A DNA stretch of 64,000 bases from an uncultured Gemmatimonadales bacterium (GTDB lineage Bacteria > Gemmatimonadota > Gemmatimonadetes > Gemmatimonadales > GWC2-71-9). The translations under genes and the position numbers were made by a program. Below the pieces are notes generated by a model. That model was given only the letters and a program-made list of their open reading frames with translations, was not told where the DNA came from and searched no databases. Positions 9,075 to 18,892 of the stretch are shown here, piece after piece. Location of the stretch: assembly GCA_963771275.1 (NCBI GenBank), contig CAVYSW010000003.1, forward strand, positions 576,001-640,000, written 5' to 3'. Numbering within the stretch: the first letter of the stretch is position 1; each line of letters opens with the position of its first letter.

Positions 9075-10602
9075 CGCGCGCCTTTTCGAGCGCCGCCGCC
9101 GCCGCCGCCCGGATGTCCCCCGAGCGGCTGGTGGCCAGCTGTTTCAGCGTCTCCAGAGCGGGCCCGGTTCCGGCCGTGCCGAGCGCCTCGATCGCGGCAA
9201 GGCGCGGTCCCGCAGGCTTGCGGGAGAGCAGGCCCCCGCCCGACGACTCCTTGATCAGCACCTGGACCGCATCGGGCGTCCCAATGCGCCCCAGCGCCCG
9301 GTAGAACTCGCCCCGAATATCCGGGTCTTCCTCCGCGCCGGCCGCGCTCACCAGCGGCATGGCGAGGCCGCCGAGCGCCCGGCCACCAACCTCCCGCACG
9401 ACTGCCATCCGCACTTCCGGGTCGGGGTCGACCAGGGCCTTGCGCAGGTGGAGCGCCGTTTCGGCGGTGCCGATCCGCGCGAGGGCCACCCCAACCGAGC
9501 GCCGCACCCGGGGGTCGTCATGCGACATGGCCCGGCTGAGCGCGGCCGTGGCCTCGGCGATCCCGAGCTCGCCCACGAGGTCGGCCGCATTCCGCACGAC
9601 GAACCACTCGTGGTGGTTGAGCAGGCTCGCGATCACGTCCATGCCCTCTTCGAGCATCCGGAGGGCCTTGAGGCAGGCGCGCCGCTCCATCTGGCTCGGC
9701 GCCTCGATCAGCAGATCGAGCAGCGTCTTCGTGCCCTGCGTGCCGGCCCGCCGCATCAGCAGCACGATGTCGTCGTGATACACCTCGTCGAACACGTACG
9801 GCGCGAACCGGCGGAGCGTGTCGGCGGTGAGAATGCGGCGCAGCGCGATGCCGTAGGCGCGCTGGGCCTCGGGGTTCGTGGTCTCTCGCTCCTGGTGGAT
9901 CATCCGCAGGATGGCTTCGATCGCCTGATTCAGCTCCCCGGTGTTCAGCGCCTTCGCCAGCCCGTGCTGAACCTGATCGAGCTTCGAGAGCAGCTGGAGG
10001 TTGTCGGCTTCGTCCGCCAGCCGGGCGACCGCCGCGACCAGGGTGTTCCCCTGGGCCCGCTGCTGTCGGATCATCTCGTCGTAGGCGGCGGTGCCTGATT
10101 CCGGCGCGATCTCCCCCGGCACCAGTCCGGCCGGCCGCTGCCGCAGCGCTCCAAGAGGGACCTGGAGGGCGTCGGTGATGCGCGTGTCGCGCTGCATCTG
10201 GCCGGCGGACTCGAGCTCGGCGGAGACAACCGCCACGCTCGCCACCTGCGCCTGCCGCAGCTGCTCCGCCACGTGCCTGCCGCCGCGGCCCGGGGGCGCG
10301 GCCAGCATCCGGAGCACCTGGGCGAGATCCACGGCGGAGGCCCCAAACCCGATCAGCACTCGGCCCACGTCATGCGCCCCGAACCGCTCGCGCACAACCT
10401 CGGCGAAGGGGGTGTCTTCAGGCACCATGAACCCTTCGACCACCACGTGGCCGCCGGCCACGACGATCGTCATGCTGCGGCCGGCCACGAGCGCGACGAG
10501 CGCCCGGAGAGCCGCCCGATGATCCTCCGTGGTTTCCGTGCCGCGGGCCATCAGCCCGAGCAGCCGCCCGAACAGGACCGTGAGTTTGACTTCGTCTCGC
10601 AT
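9061..10602 (-). CDS. HEAT/PBS-lyase repeat protein
   Basis: WFVVRNAADLVGEL, DPRVRRSVGVALARIG and ALGRIG repeats. Start at MRDEVK. Confidence 0.8.
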   Translation of the reverse strand: MRDEVKLTVLFGRLLGLMARGTETTEDHRAALRALVALVAGRSMTIVVAGGHVVVEGFMVPEDTPFAEVVRERFGAHDVGRVLIGFGASAVDLAQVLRMLAAPPGRGGRHVAEQLRQAQVASVAVVSAELESAGQMQRDTRITDALQVPLGALRQRPAGLVPGEIAPESGTAAYDEMIRQQRAQGNTLVAAVARLADEADNLQLLSKLDQVQHGLAKALNTGELNQAIEAILRMIHQERETTNPEAQRAYGIALRRILTADTLRRFAPYVFDEVYHDDIVLLMRRAGTQGTKTLLDLLIEAPSQMERRACLKALRMLEEGMDVIASLLNHHEWFVVRNAADLVGELGIAEATAALSRAMSHDDPRVRRSVGVALARIGTAETALHLRKALVDPDPEVRMAVVREVGGRALGGLAMPLVSAAGAEEDPDIRGEFYRALGRIGTPDAVQVLIKESSGGGLLSRKPAGPRLAAIEALGTAGTGPALETLKQLATSRSGDIRAAAAAALEKARASAG

Positions 10603-10655
10603 GTGCGTCCACCGAAAATACGGGTGGGTCGTGCGCCCGGCAACGCGCTCTCGTG

Positions 10656-12137
10656 CTAGAGCACGTCGAGGTCTTCGAGCGCCTCCCGCGCCGCACGCCG
10701 GACCTCCGGCTCGCGGTCGTCGAGCAGCGCCTCGAGCGTGCCGATCGCCGCCGCCCCACCCGCAAGCTTCAGGCCTTCGATCGCGGCCAACCGGTCGCCC
10801 GGACGGCGGCGCCACAGCCGCCAGCGCCCCGGCTGGGCGGCGCGCGCCAGCGCCTGGACTGCGGCCGCCGTCCCGAGCCGGCCCAACGCGCGCGAGTATT
10901 CCAGCAGCACCCGGGGATCGCGCTCGCGCTCGGCCGCCAGGACCAGCGGCATGGCCAACCCCTCCATCTCGCGGCCGCCGATGGCAACCGCCACCGCCGC
11001 CCGCAGGTCGGCATCTTCATCCTGCAGCAGGCCGGCCAGGTGCTCGACCGTGGCGGCCGTGCCGACGCGCGCCAGCGCCAGGGCCGCGGCGCGACGGACG
11101 CGGACGTCCGGGTGGCGCAACGTCCGCGCCAGCGCCGGCACCGCCTCTTCGACCCGCAGCTCGCCGAGCAGGTCCGCGATGTTCCGCACGGCGAACCACT
11201 CTGGGTGTCCGAGCATCAGGATCACCTGCCGCAGTCCTTCGGTCTGACCCTTGAGCAGATCGAAGAAGTGACGCCGGTCCGCCATCGAGTCGGCCTGCAC
11301 CAGCCGCTGGATCAGCACCTCGGTGGCCTCGGCCCCGGCCCGCCGGAGCACCCGGCGTGCCGCCTCGCCGGTGGCGGGCTCGCGGGCGAGCTGAATGGCG
11401 GCGTGCAGCAGGGAGCCCGTCAGCAGGCGCTTGAGCGTGATCGCGAAGCTGTTCCGGGCGCTCCCCTCAGGGAGCGCGCCCTCGAGCCGTGCCATCTCCG
11501 CCACCGCCCGCAGCACTTCCGGCATGCGGCCCGCCTCGATCTCCTCGCGGAGGACGTCCGCGGCGGCGGTGAGACGGTCGAGGATGTCCGGCCCTGCGGG
11601 GTCGAGCGCCAGCCCCGCGAGCGCCGTCTCGAGCGCGGCCTCCGGCGCGGGTGGCGCCGCTTCCGCCAGCACCGCCTGCACGTCTTCCGCGTCGAACGCC
11701 TGCGTCACGCCCATGGGTCGGGCGCCGGGGGGCTGCACCTCGGGGTGGACCGTCAGGACCGTCACGGTCGTCACGCTGGAATCGCGCAGTCGTCCCCCAA
11801 TGTCCCGCTCGTCGGTGTATCCACCGAGGTTCACGGCGAGGGCGCGCAGCAGTTGCAACAGGTCGGCCGCGGCGGCGTTCTGCTCGATCCGGATCTCCGT
11901 CACGCCGTGCGCCCCCATCTGGCTCATCAGCGCGGCGATCCCGGGCAGCGTCACCGCGACCGGCGTCGCCTCGATGGTGAGGCCCTCGGGCTCCAGGCGC
12001 AGCGTGGCGCCGCCGAGTTTGGTGAGCGCGAACAGCGCCCGGAGCACGGCCTTCTGCTCGTCGATCGCGTCGGGACGGCGGCGGAACACGTCCACCGCCC
12101 GCCCGAGCGTGATCGCGAAATTGTCGTAGTTGAGCAT
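10656..12137 (-). CDS. HEAT/PBS-lyase repeat protein (paralog)
   Basis: WFAVRNIADLLGEL, DVRVRRAAALALARVG and EPEVRRAAREAL repeats. Start at MLNYDN. Confidence 0.8.
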   Translation of the reverse strand: MLNYDNFAITLGRAVDVFRRRPDAIDEQKAVLRALFALTKLGGATLRLEPEGLTIEATPVAVTLPGIAALMSQMGAHGVTEIRIEQNAAAADLLQLLRALAVNLGGYTDERDIGGRLRDSSVTTVTVLTVHPEVQPPGARPMGVTQAFDAEDVQAVLAEAAPPAPEAALETALAGLALDPAGPDILDRLTAAADVLREEIEAGRMPEVLRAVAEMARLEGALPEGSARNSFAITLKRLLTGSLLHAAIQLAREPATGEAARRVLRRAGAEATEVLIQRLVQADSMADRRHFFDLLKGQTEGLRQVILMLGHPEWFAVRNIADLLGELRVEEAVPALARTLRHPDVRVRRAAALALARVGTAATVEHLAGLLQDEDADLRAAVAVAIGGREMEGLAMPLVLAAERERDPRVLLEYSRALGRLGTAAAVQALARAAQPGRWRLWRRRPGDRLAAIEGLKLAGGAAAIGTLEALLDDREPEVRRAAREALEDLDVL

Positions 12138-12317
12138 CGCCGGTCGCCGAAGATACCGGCGCGGGACCCCTCGCGGCAACGCGCCGCAGTCGGGGCCCTG
12201 CACGGAGCCCCGTGCCCGATTAAGTTTGAACGATCCCCGCGCACGCCGCGGGGATGAAAGTCTCTGCGTGGCAACGCCTTGCCGCCTCGTTCATTCCCCC
12301 AGCGCAGGATGACCTGC

Positions 12318-13577
12318 ATGCGTATGCGGACACTCGGATTCCTGATCATGGCCGGCCTGGGCGCCACGACCGGGGCGCTCGCGGCTCAGGGTGGCTCTCC
12401 TCGCCGAGTTCAGGCCGACGTCAACTACCTCGCCGCCGATGCCCGGGAAGGGCGCGGCGTCGGGACGGCCGGTCTCACGCAGGCCGCCGACTACATTGCC
12501 CGGGAGTTCGCCCGCATCGGGCTCACCCAGCCGCCTGGCGGGTTTTTCCAGGATTTCACGATCGATTCCACCGCTCCGGGCGCGGCCCACGCGGGCTTGG
12601 GTGGGGCCGCGGTAAAGAACGTCGTGGGCATCCTGCCGGGCCGCGGCCCGCTGGCGGGAGAGGCCGTCGTGATCGGCGCTCACTACGACCACCTGGGACG
12701 TGGTGGCGCCGAGGTCGGCGCGCTCGACCCCGACAGCGTCGGCGTGATTCACAACGGGGCGGACGACAACGCGTCCGGAACGGCGGCGATGCTGGAGGTG
12801 GCGCGGCTGCTGCGCGCCCGGCTGCAGGGGGACCGGCGCACCATCGTGTTCGTCGCGTTCACGGCGGAGGAGCTGGGGACGATCGGGTCGCTGTACTACG
12901 TGTCGCACCCGCTGGTGCCGAACGACTCGACCATCACGATGATCAACTTCGACATGGTCGGCCGGCTGCGCGCCAACCGGCTGCTCGCCCTGGGCGCCCT
13001 GAGCGCGCAGGAGCTGAAGTCGCTGCTCGATTCCCTCAACGTGGGCGCCGGATTCGACCTCCACGCCGAGGGCGACGGCTGGGGGCCGAGCGACCATCAG
13101 TCGTTCTACGCGCACAAGATCCCGGTGATCCAGTTCTTCACCGATCTGGAGGAGCAGTACCACCGGACGACCGACGACGCCAACCTGATCAACGCCGACG
13201 GCCTGGCGAGGATCGCGGGCTTCGGCGCCGAGGTCGCCGCCGTGCTGGCAACCCGGCCCACGATGCTGACGTACGTGAGCGCGCCGCAGCCGGTCATGGC
13301 CAGCGGGTCGCGCGCGTCGCTCGGCACGGTCCCCGACATGGCCAGCTCGCCCGGCGGCGTGCGGCTGAGCGGCGTCCGGGAAGGTAGTCCGGCCGCCGTG
13401 GCCGGCATCGCGGGCGGCGACATCATCATCAAGATCGGCGACTACGACGTGAAGGACCTGTACGGCATGCAGAATGCCCTCACGAAGTACAAGGGCGGGG
13501 ACGTCGTGACGGTCGTCGTGCGGCGTGGCGACGAGACCAAGTCCTTCACGGTGACCCTCGGCGGGAGTCGTGGCTAA
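12318..13577 (+). CDS. M28 family peptidase with C-terminal PDZ domain, exported
   Basis: Signal peptide; GAHYDH, GADDNASG, AEE, SDH and YH motifs; GSPAAVAGI..GDII PDZ segment. Confidence 0.9.
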   Translation: MRMRTLGFLIMAGLGATTGALAAQGGSPRRVQADVNYLAADAREGRGVGTAGLTQAADYIAREFARIGLTQPPGGFFQDFTIDSTAPGAAHAGLGGAAVKNVVGILPGRGPLAGEAVVIGAHYDHLGRGGAEVGALDPDSVGVIHNGADDNASGTAAMLEVARLLRARLQGDRRTIVFVAFTAEELGTIGSLYYVSHPLVPNDSTITMINFDMVGRLRANRLLALGALSAQELKSLLDSLNVGAGFDLHAEGDGWGPSDHQSFYAHKIPVIQFFTDLEEQYHRTTDDANLINADGLARIAGFGAEVAAVLATRPTMLTYVSAPQPVMASGSRASLGTVPDMASSPGGVRLSGVREGSPAAVAGIAGGDIIIKIGDYDVKDLYGMQNALTKYKGGDVVTVVVRRGDETKSFTVTLGGSRG

Positions 13578-14031
13578 GGCGGTCCTCGACGCGGAAGCGG
13601 TAGTCCGCGCGCTGCAGGGGGCGTTCAGTCGCGACGTCGGGCGCCGCGCGCTGTTGCAGCTCGCGGCGTCCCGTCTGCGCGCGGCCGGGCCGCCGTACAG
13701 CGGCGTCTACCTCTACATGGTGCAGGACGGCGACCTCGTGCTCGAGGCGTTCGACGGGCGCTCGACCGAGCACACGCGCATTCCGGTGGGAGCCGGCATC
13801 TGCGGCCGCGCGGTCGCGGAGCGCCGCGACATCAACGTGCCGGACGTGCGCCGGGCCGACGGCTACCTTGCCTGCAGCATCGAGACGCGATCGGAGCTGG
13901 TGGTGCTGATCCGGCGACACGACGAGATCCTGGGACAGATCGACATCGACAGCGACGTGACGGACGGCTTCGCGGCGGCCGAGGAAGCGGCGGTAAGGAC
14001 CGTGGCGGACGCCCTGGCGGTTCTCCTCTGA
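13570..14031 (+). CDS. GAF-domain protein, free methionine-R-sulfoxide reductase-like (two-Cys type)
   Basis: GICGRA, VPDV, YLAC..ETRSELVV and GQIDIDS motifs. Confidence 0.8.
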   Translation: MAKAVLDAEAVVRALQGAFSRDVGRRALLQLAASRLRAAGPPYSGVYLYMVQDGDLVLEAFDGRSTEHTRIPVGAGICGRAVAERRDINVPDVRRADGYLACSIETRSELVVLIRRHDEILGQIDIDSDVTDGFAAAEEAAVRTVADALAVLL

Positions 14032-14034
14032 AGC

Positions 14035-14111
14035 GGAGAGGGGCAGAGGGGGAGAGGGGGAGGGATGCAGCACGTCCCTTCCATCTCTCCCCCTCTGCCC
14101 CTCTGCCCCTT
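14035..14111. repeat. Inverted octamer-repeat hairpin (GAGGGG[C/G]A units)
   Basis: agaggggcagagggggagag on the left arm pairs with ctctccccctctgcccctct on the right arm; intergenic. Confidence 0.8.
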
Positions 14112-14120
14112 CCCGATCCG

Positions 14121-14951
14121 ATGCACGAAGTAATCACCGTCAATGGGGTCGCGCTGTTCACCCGGACCTTCGGAGACGGGCCCGACGTCGTCGTGCTGCA
14201 CGGCGGGCCGGGGGCGCACCACGACTATCTCCTCCCCCAATTCGACCGCCTGGCGCGCGGTCGCCGGCTGCGTTACTACGACCAGCGGGGTGGCGGCCGC
14301 TCGCCGGTGCCCCGGGCCGTGTCGGTGACGTGGCGCGATCAGGTCGCCGATCTCGCCGCGCTGCTCGCGCACTGGGACGCCGCACCTGCCACCCTGCTGG
14401 GCTACTCCTGGGGAGGGTTGCTCGCCCTGCTGTTCGCCGTCGAGCATCCCGATCGGGTGGCGCGGCTCGCTCTCGTGTGCCCCGCCCCGTCCAACGCGCG
14501 CGACCGGCGGCGGTTCGAGACGCGGTTTGCCGAGCGGTCGCGCACCCCGGCCATCGCCCAAGCGCGCGCAGATCTCCAGGCTTCCGGCCTGCGCGAGCGC
14601 GAGCCCGCGGTGTACCGGCGGCGCGCGTTCGAGCTCTCGGTCGCGGGGTACTTCCACGACTTCGCGACCGTCGGGAGCCTCACGCCATTTCGCCTGACCG
14701 GCCGGACGCAGGAGGACGTGTGGCGCAGCCTCGGGGACTACGATCTGCGTCCCGCCCTTGACGCTCTGCGGATTCCCGGCCGCGTGTTCGCCGGTCGCCA
14801 CGACCCCATCCCGCTCGACACGGCCGAAGACACGGCCCGCCGCATCGGCGCTGAGCTCGTGGTGTTCGAGTCGTCCGGCCACTGCCCGTACGTCGAGGAG
14901 CCCGACCGGTTCATGACCGAGCTGGACCGCTGGCTCCCGAGCGCGGCGTGA
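14121..14951 (+). CDS. Alpha/beta hydrolase, proline iminopeptidase-like
   Basis: HGGPG, DQRG, GYSWGG nucleophile elbow and SGH. Confidence 0.9.
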   Translation: MHEVITVNGVALFTRTFGDGPDVVVLHGGPGAHHDYLLPQFDRLARGRRLRYYDQRGGGRSPVPRAVSVTWRDQVADLAALLAHWDAAPATLLGYSWGGLLALLFAVEHPDRVARLALVCPAPSNARDRRRFETRFAERSRTPAIAQARADLQASGLREREPAVYRRRAFELSVAGYFHDFATVGSLTPFRLTGRTQEDVWRSLGDYDLRPALDALRIPGRVFAGRHDPIPLDTAEDTARRIGAELVVFESSGHCPYVEEPDRFMTELDRWLPSAA

Positions 14952-15610
14952 CGCGCGCCGATCCATTCGATCTCGTCTTTCACGACCTGCTCACCGAGCT
15001 GGACGCGCTTCCTGCCGCCGCCGCGCGCGCCGGCAAGGACCCACGCGACCGGGCGGCGTTCGCCCGGGTGCCCGAGGTGCTGCGGCTGGTGGAGCGGATC
15101 GCGCCGACGGCCGATGCGGCGGGGCCCGCCGCGACGCACGAGTACGCCGCCCTGCTGTACGCCGCGTTTCGGTTCCGGGAGGCCGGGGAGCGTGTGCTCG
15201 TGATATCCCGGGCGCGGCTCGAGCCCGCGCTGTCGGTGCTTACGTCGGCGGAGCCGCCGCGGATCCCGGGCAAGGCGTGCTACCTGCAGCTGCCGCCCGC
15301 CTGGTTCTGGGCACGAGCGACCGACGACGGGGCGCACGAGCCGCTGGACGGCTGCTTCGTGATCGAGGGCTCGCGCGGCGACGAGATCACGATCGTCGCC
15401 GTCCTCGGGCTGCGGCGCGAGCGCGGTGGCTTCACGCAGGTCACGCTGCATGTCGCGCCGGGCGATTTCGCTGAGGCGCGCGCCCTGCGGCGCGACCCGC
15501 CGTTCGCACCGCTCATGGAGGGCGGCGCCGCGGCCGGATTCCGCTCGCTCGCCACGCCGGCCGAGCTGCTCACGCTCGTGCACCTCGCCGTCGTCGCCGC
15601 CACGGAGTAG
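14948..15610 (+). CDS. Hypothetical protein
   Basis: GTGA overlap with the upstream gene and coding-like composition. No motif recognised. Confidence 0.65.
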   Translation: MTRADPFDLVFHDLLTELDALPAAAARAGKDPRDRAAFARVPEVLRLVERIAPTADAAGPAATHEYAALLYAAFRFREAGERVLVISRARLEPALSVLTSAEPPRIPGKACYLQLPPAWFWARATDDGAHEPLDGCFVIEGSRGDEITIVAVLGLRRERGGFTQVTLHVAPGDFAEARALRRDPPFAPLMEGGAAAGFRSLATPAELLTLVHLAVVAATE

Positions 15611-15620
15611 CTTGCCGCGC

Positions 15621-16319
15621 ATGCAGGACGCCGCCCAGCGGATCAGGCCGATCATCGCGAAGCTCCGGCGCCGGTATCCGGCGGCTCGGTGCTCGCTCGA
15701 TTTCGGGGGAGCGCTCGAGCTGCTGGTCGCCACGATCCTCTCGGCCCAGTGCACCGACGAGCGCGTCAACCTCGTGACGCCCGTGCTGTTCGCGAAGTAC
15801 CGGACGGCGCGCGATTTCGCCGACGCCGACCCCGCGGAGCTCGAGAGCATCATCCGGCCCACCGGGTTCTATCGCAACAAGACCAGGTCGCTGATCGGCA
15901 TGGGCCGGGCGCTGGTCGAACGGCACGGCGGCGAGGTCCCCCGGTCCATGGAGCAGCTGACGGCAATCCCCGGCGTCGGCCGCAAGACCGCCAACGTGGT
16001 GCTCGGTAACGCGTTCGACATCAGTGCCGGGGTGGTCGTCGACACGCACGTGACCCGCATTGCCCAGCGCCTCGGCCTGACCCGGCACCGGGATGCGGTG
16101 AAGATCGAGCAGGACCTGATGGGCCTGGTCCCCCAACGCCACTGGACGCTGTTCCCCCACCTCATGATCCATCATGGCCGGGCCGTGTGTCAGGCGCGCA
16201 AGCCCAAGTGCGAGATCTGCCCGGTGCTCGCCCTCTGCCCGTTCCCCGCCGGCGGCGCGCCGCGCGCGGCGGGAACCACGCGGGGCGTTCCGGGACGCCG
16301 ACCCCGAGCGCGGCGCTAG
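15621..16319 (+). CDS. nth: Endonuclease III
   Basis: LSAQCTD, HhH motif PGVGRKTA, VDTHV and the C-x6-C-x2-C-x5-C iron-sulfur motif. Confidence 0.95.
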   Translation: MQDAAQRIRPIIAKLRRRYPAARCSLDFGGALELLVATILSAQCTDERVNLVTPVLFAKYRTARDFADADPAELESIIRPTGFYRNKTRSLIGMGRALVERHGGEVPRSMEQLTAIPGVGRKTANVVLGNAFDISAGVVVDTHVTRIAQRLGLTRHRDAVKIEQDLMGLVPQRHWTLFPHLMIHHGRAVCQARKPKCEICPVLALCPFPAGGAPRAAGTTRGVPGRRPRARR

Positions 16320-16374
16320 CGCTCCCCGGGCCGCTTCGTTCCGCCGCTCCACTCCCCGGCCGTACATTCCCGGC

Positions 16375-18453
16375 ATGCCATCCCGCCTGGCCGACGCGCT
16401 TTCCGCATACCTCCGCTCCGCCGCCGATCAACCGGTGGACTGGTATCCGTGGGGTCCCGAACCGTTCGCGCGCGCGCGACAGGAGGGCAGGCCCATCCTG
16501 CTCGACATCGGCGCCGTGTGGTGCCACTGGTGCCACGTGATGGACCGCGAATCGTACGAGAGCCCGGCGATCGCGGAGCTGCTCGCCAGGGACTGGATCT
16601 GCGTCAAGGTGGATCGAGACGAGCGGCCCGACGTGGACGCGCGCTATCAGCGGGCCGTGCAGGCCATCACGGGGCAGGGCGGCTGGCCGCTCACCGGCTT
16701 TCTGACGCCGGACGGCGACGTGTTCTACGGCGGCACCTACTTCCCGCCGGATGGGGCGCACGGGCGGCCCGGCTTCGCGACCGTGCTCAAGGAGCTGGCG
16801 CGCGTGCACCGCGAAGAGCCCGCCAAGCTCGCCGACCAGGCCGCGATGATCCGCCGTCACCTCGAGGAGCACGCGGCCGAGTCCCGGCCGGGCACGCTGC
16901 CGCCCGACCTCATCAAGCACGCGGCAGACGGGATGGCGCAGGTGTTCGACTTCCGCTACGGCGGGTTTGGCACCGAGCCGAAGTTCCCCTACCCCACGGC
17001 GTGCGAGCTGTTGCTCGCCAGGTGGTGCGACACCCGCGAGGCGTGGCTCCGCGAGATGGTGGACCGCACGCTCACCGCGATGGCCCGGGGCGGTGTCTAC
17101 GACCAGATCGGCGGCGGGTTCCACCGGTACTCGGTGGATGCGCGCTGGATCGTGCCGCACTTCGAGAAGATGGCGTACGACAACGCCGCGCTGCTGCGGC
17201 TGTACGTGCACGCGGCGGCGTTGCCGAGAACGGAGGGGGAGAGGGGCGGGGGTGAGGAGGCGGCACTCTACCGCCACGTCATCGAGGGCGTCGTGCACTG
17301 GGTGACGACCGTGATGTCCGATCCCGCGGGCGGCTACTACGCCTCACAGGATGCCGACATCGGGCCGGAAGACGACGGTGACTACTTCACCTGGACCACG
17401 GACGAGGCGCGTGCCGCCGTGAGCCCGTCCGAGTTCGCGGCGCTCGCCCGCCGGTTCGACATCGAGCAGCAAGGCGAGATGCGGCACGACCCGCGCCGCA
17501 ACGTGCTCTGGGTGCGGCAGTCGTTCGGCGAGATCGCGGGCGTGCTCGGCGTAACGGAGCACGAGGTTGCCGCGCTGGTCGACTCCGGCGCCCGCAAGCT
17601 CGCCGACGCGCGCGGGCGCCGGGCCGCACCGTTCATCGATCGCGCGGTGTATACCGGCTGGAGCGCCATGCTCGCGTCCGCGACGCTGGCGGCGGGCGCC
17701 TTCCTCGCGCGCCCCGGGATCGAACGTCACGCTCTCGCGACACTCGACCGCCTGTTTCGCGATGCCGCGGACGGGGACGGCGGCGTGCGTCACGGGATCG
17801 ACAGTGCGGTGACCGGCATCCTCGAGGACCAGGTGCATCTCGCGGACGCCGCGCTCGACGCCTACGAGGCGACCGGCGCGCGCCTCTGGCTCGATCGCGC
17901 CGCGGCGCTGATGGAGCATGTGTGGACGGTCTATCGCGCGGACGACGGCGGCTTGTTGGACCGGGCGCCGCGCGGCGGGGAGGGCATGCTGGGCCACCGC
18001 GTCAAGCCCGTGCTGGACGCGCCGACGCCGTCACCGAACGGCGTCGCGGTCGCGCTGCTCGCCCGTCTCGCCGAGCACACCGGCCACGCTTCGTGGCGGG
18101 ACCGCCGTGACGACCTGCTCGGTACGTTCGGCGGTGGCCTCGCCGATCTCGGCCTGCACGGCGCGGCGCTGCTGCTCGGCGCCGACTGGGCGCTCAACCC
18201 CGCCACGCACGTGGTCGTGGTGGCGCCCGCCGGACCGGACGGTGACGCGTTGCGGCGCGCCGCGCGGGTGGCCTATCGGCCCCGCAAGGTCGTCACCCTG
18301 CTCGCCCCGGGCGACCCGGCCGCCGGTCTCCCGCCACCCGTTCAGGCAATGCTGGACGGGGCGACGCCTCGCGCCTACGTCTGCGTCGGCACCGAGTGCC
18401 TCGCGCCGACCGATTCCGCAGACGGCCTCCTTCACCTTCTGGAACCGCGATGA
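16375..18453 (+). CDS. Thioredoxin-domain protein (YyaL/SSP411, DUF255 family)
   Basis: WCHWCHVM, KVDRDERPD, GGWPL, GGFHRYSVD and PHFEKM motifs. Confidence 0.92.
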   Translation: MPSRLADALSAYLRSAADQPVDWYPWGPEPFARARQEGRPILLDIGAVWCHWCHVMDRESYESPAIAELLARDWICVKVDRDERPDVDARYQRAVQAITGQGGWPLTGFLTPDGDVFYGGTYFPPDGAHGRPGFATVLKELARVHREEPAKLADQAAMIRRHLEEHAAESRPGTLPPDLIKHAADGMAQVFDFRYGGFGTEPKFPYPTACELLLARWCDTREAWLREMVDRTLTAMARGGVYDQIGGGFHRYSVDARWIVPHFEKMAYDNAALLRLYVHAAALPRTEGERGGGEEAALYRHVIEGVVHWVTTVMSDPAGGYYASQDADIGPEDDGDYFTWTTDEARAAVSPSEFAALARRFDIEQQGEMRHDPRRNVLWVRQSFGEIAGVLGVTEHEVAALVDSGARKLADARGRRAAPFIDRAVYTGWSAMLASATLAAGAFLARPGIERHALATLDRLFRDAADGDGGVRHGIDSAVTGILEDQVHLADAALDAYEATGARLWLDRAAALMEHVWTVYRADDGGLLDRAPRGGEGMLGHRVKPVLDAPTPSPNGVAVALLARLAEHTGHASWRDRRDDLLGTFGGGLADLGLHGAALLLGADWALNPATHVVVVAPAGPDGDALRRAARVAYRPRKVVTLLAPGDPAAGLPPPVQAMLDGATPRAYVCVGTECLAPTDSADGLLHLLEPR

Positions 18454-18890
18454 AAATCGACTTCGCTCTCGCCTGCGACTACGCGCTGATCGATCAGTAC
18501 GGCAAGCTGTCCGTGCTCGGCATCTTCCAGCACATCTGGGTTGCGCAGTTTCCCACCGTGCACCCGCGTCTCCACCTCGTCGTGCGGCTCAAGGGAAAGC
18601 GCACGGAAGTCGGCCAACACCACATTCTCATCCGGCTGCTCGACGAGGAAGGCGTGCAGATCCTGAACGGGGAGGGCACGGTGACGTTCAACGAGCCGCC
18701 GGCGGGAGTCATCGAGATCGAAGCCGGCACCGTGCTGGCCTTCGACGTCCCGTTCCGCAAGCCGGGCCGCTACCAGTTCGAGATCAGCATCGACGGCCGG
18801 ATCGAGACGACCGTGCCGATCACCGTCTCCCAGGCGCCGCCGGGGGGCACGGCGCCAGGCGCTCCGGGCGCCCCACGCGGGGTGCACTAG
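18450..18890 (+). CDS. Small beta-sandwich hypothetical protein (DUF6941-like)
   Basis: LACDYA...GKLSVLGIF N-terminus and PGRYQFEISIDG; ATGA overlap with the upstream gene. Confidence 0.7.
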   Translation: MKIDFALACDYALIDQYGKLSVLGIFQHIWVAQFPTVHPRLHLVVRLKGKRTEVGQHHILIRLLDEEGVQILNGEGTVTFNEPPAGVIEIEAGTVLAFDVPFRKPGRYQFEISIDGRIETTVPITVSQAPPGGTAPGAPGAPRGVH

Positions 18891-18892
18891 CG

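Noticed and set aside
12233..12255. 9-bp inverted repeat between divergent genes as an operator
   Set aside because: It is GC-rich, single-copy and has no adjacent regulator, so no function can be assigned.
12268..12282. TGGCAAcgccTTGC as a sigma-54 promoter
   Set aside because: The GG-to-GC spacing is 9 nt rather than the required 10 on either strand.
17918..18892. Long N-terminal extensions in the ORF track (e.g. 17918, 16174, 15426, 31805, 42092, 44672)
   Set aside because: They overlap other real genes; downstream starts fit homology motifs, stop-start overlaps or -10 boxes.
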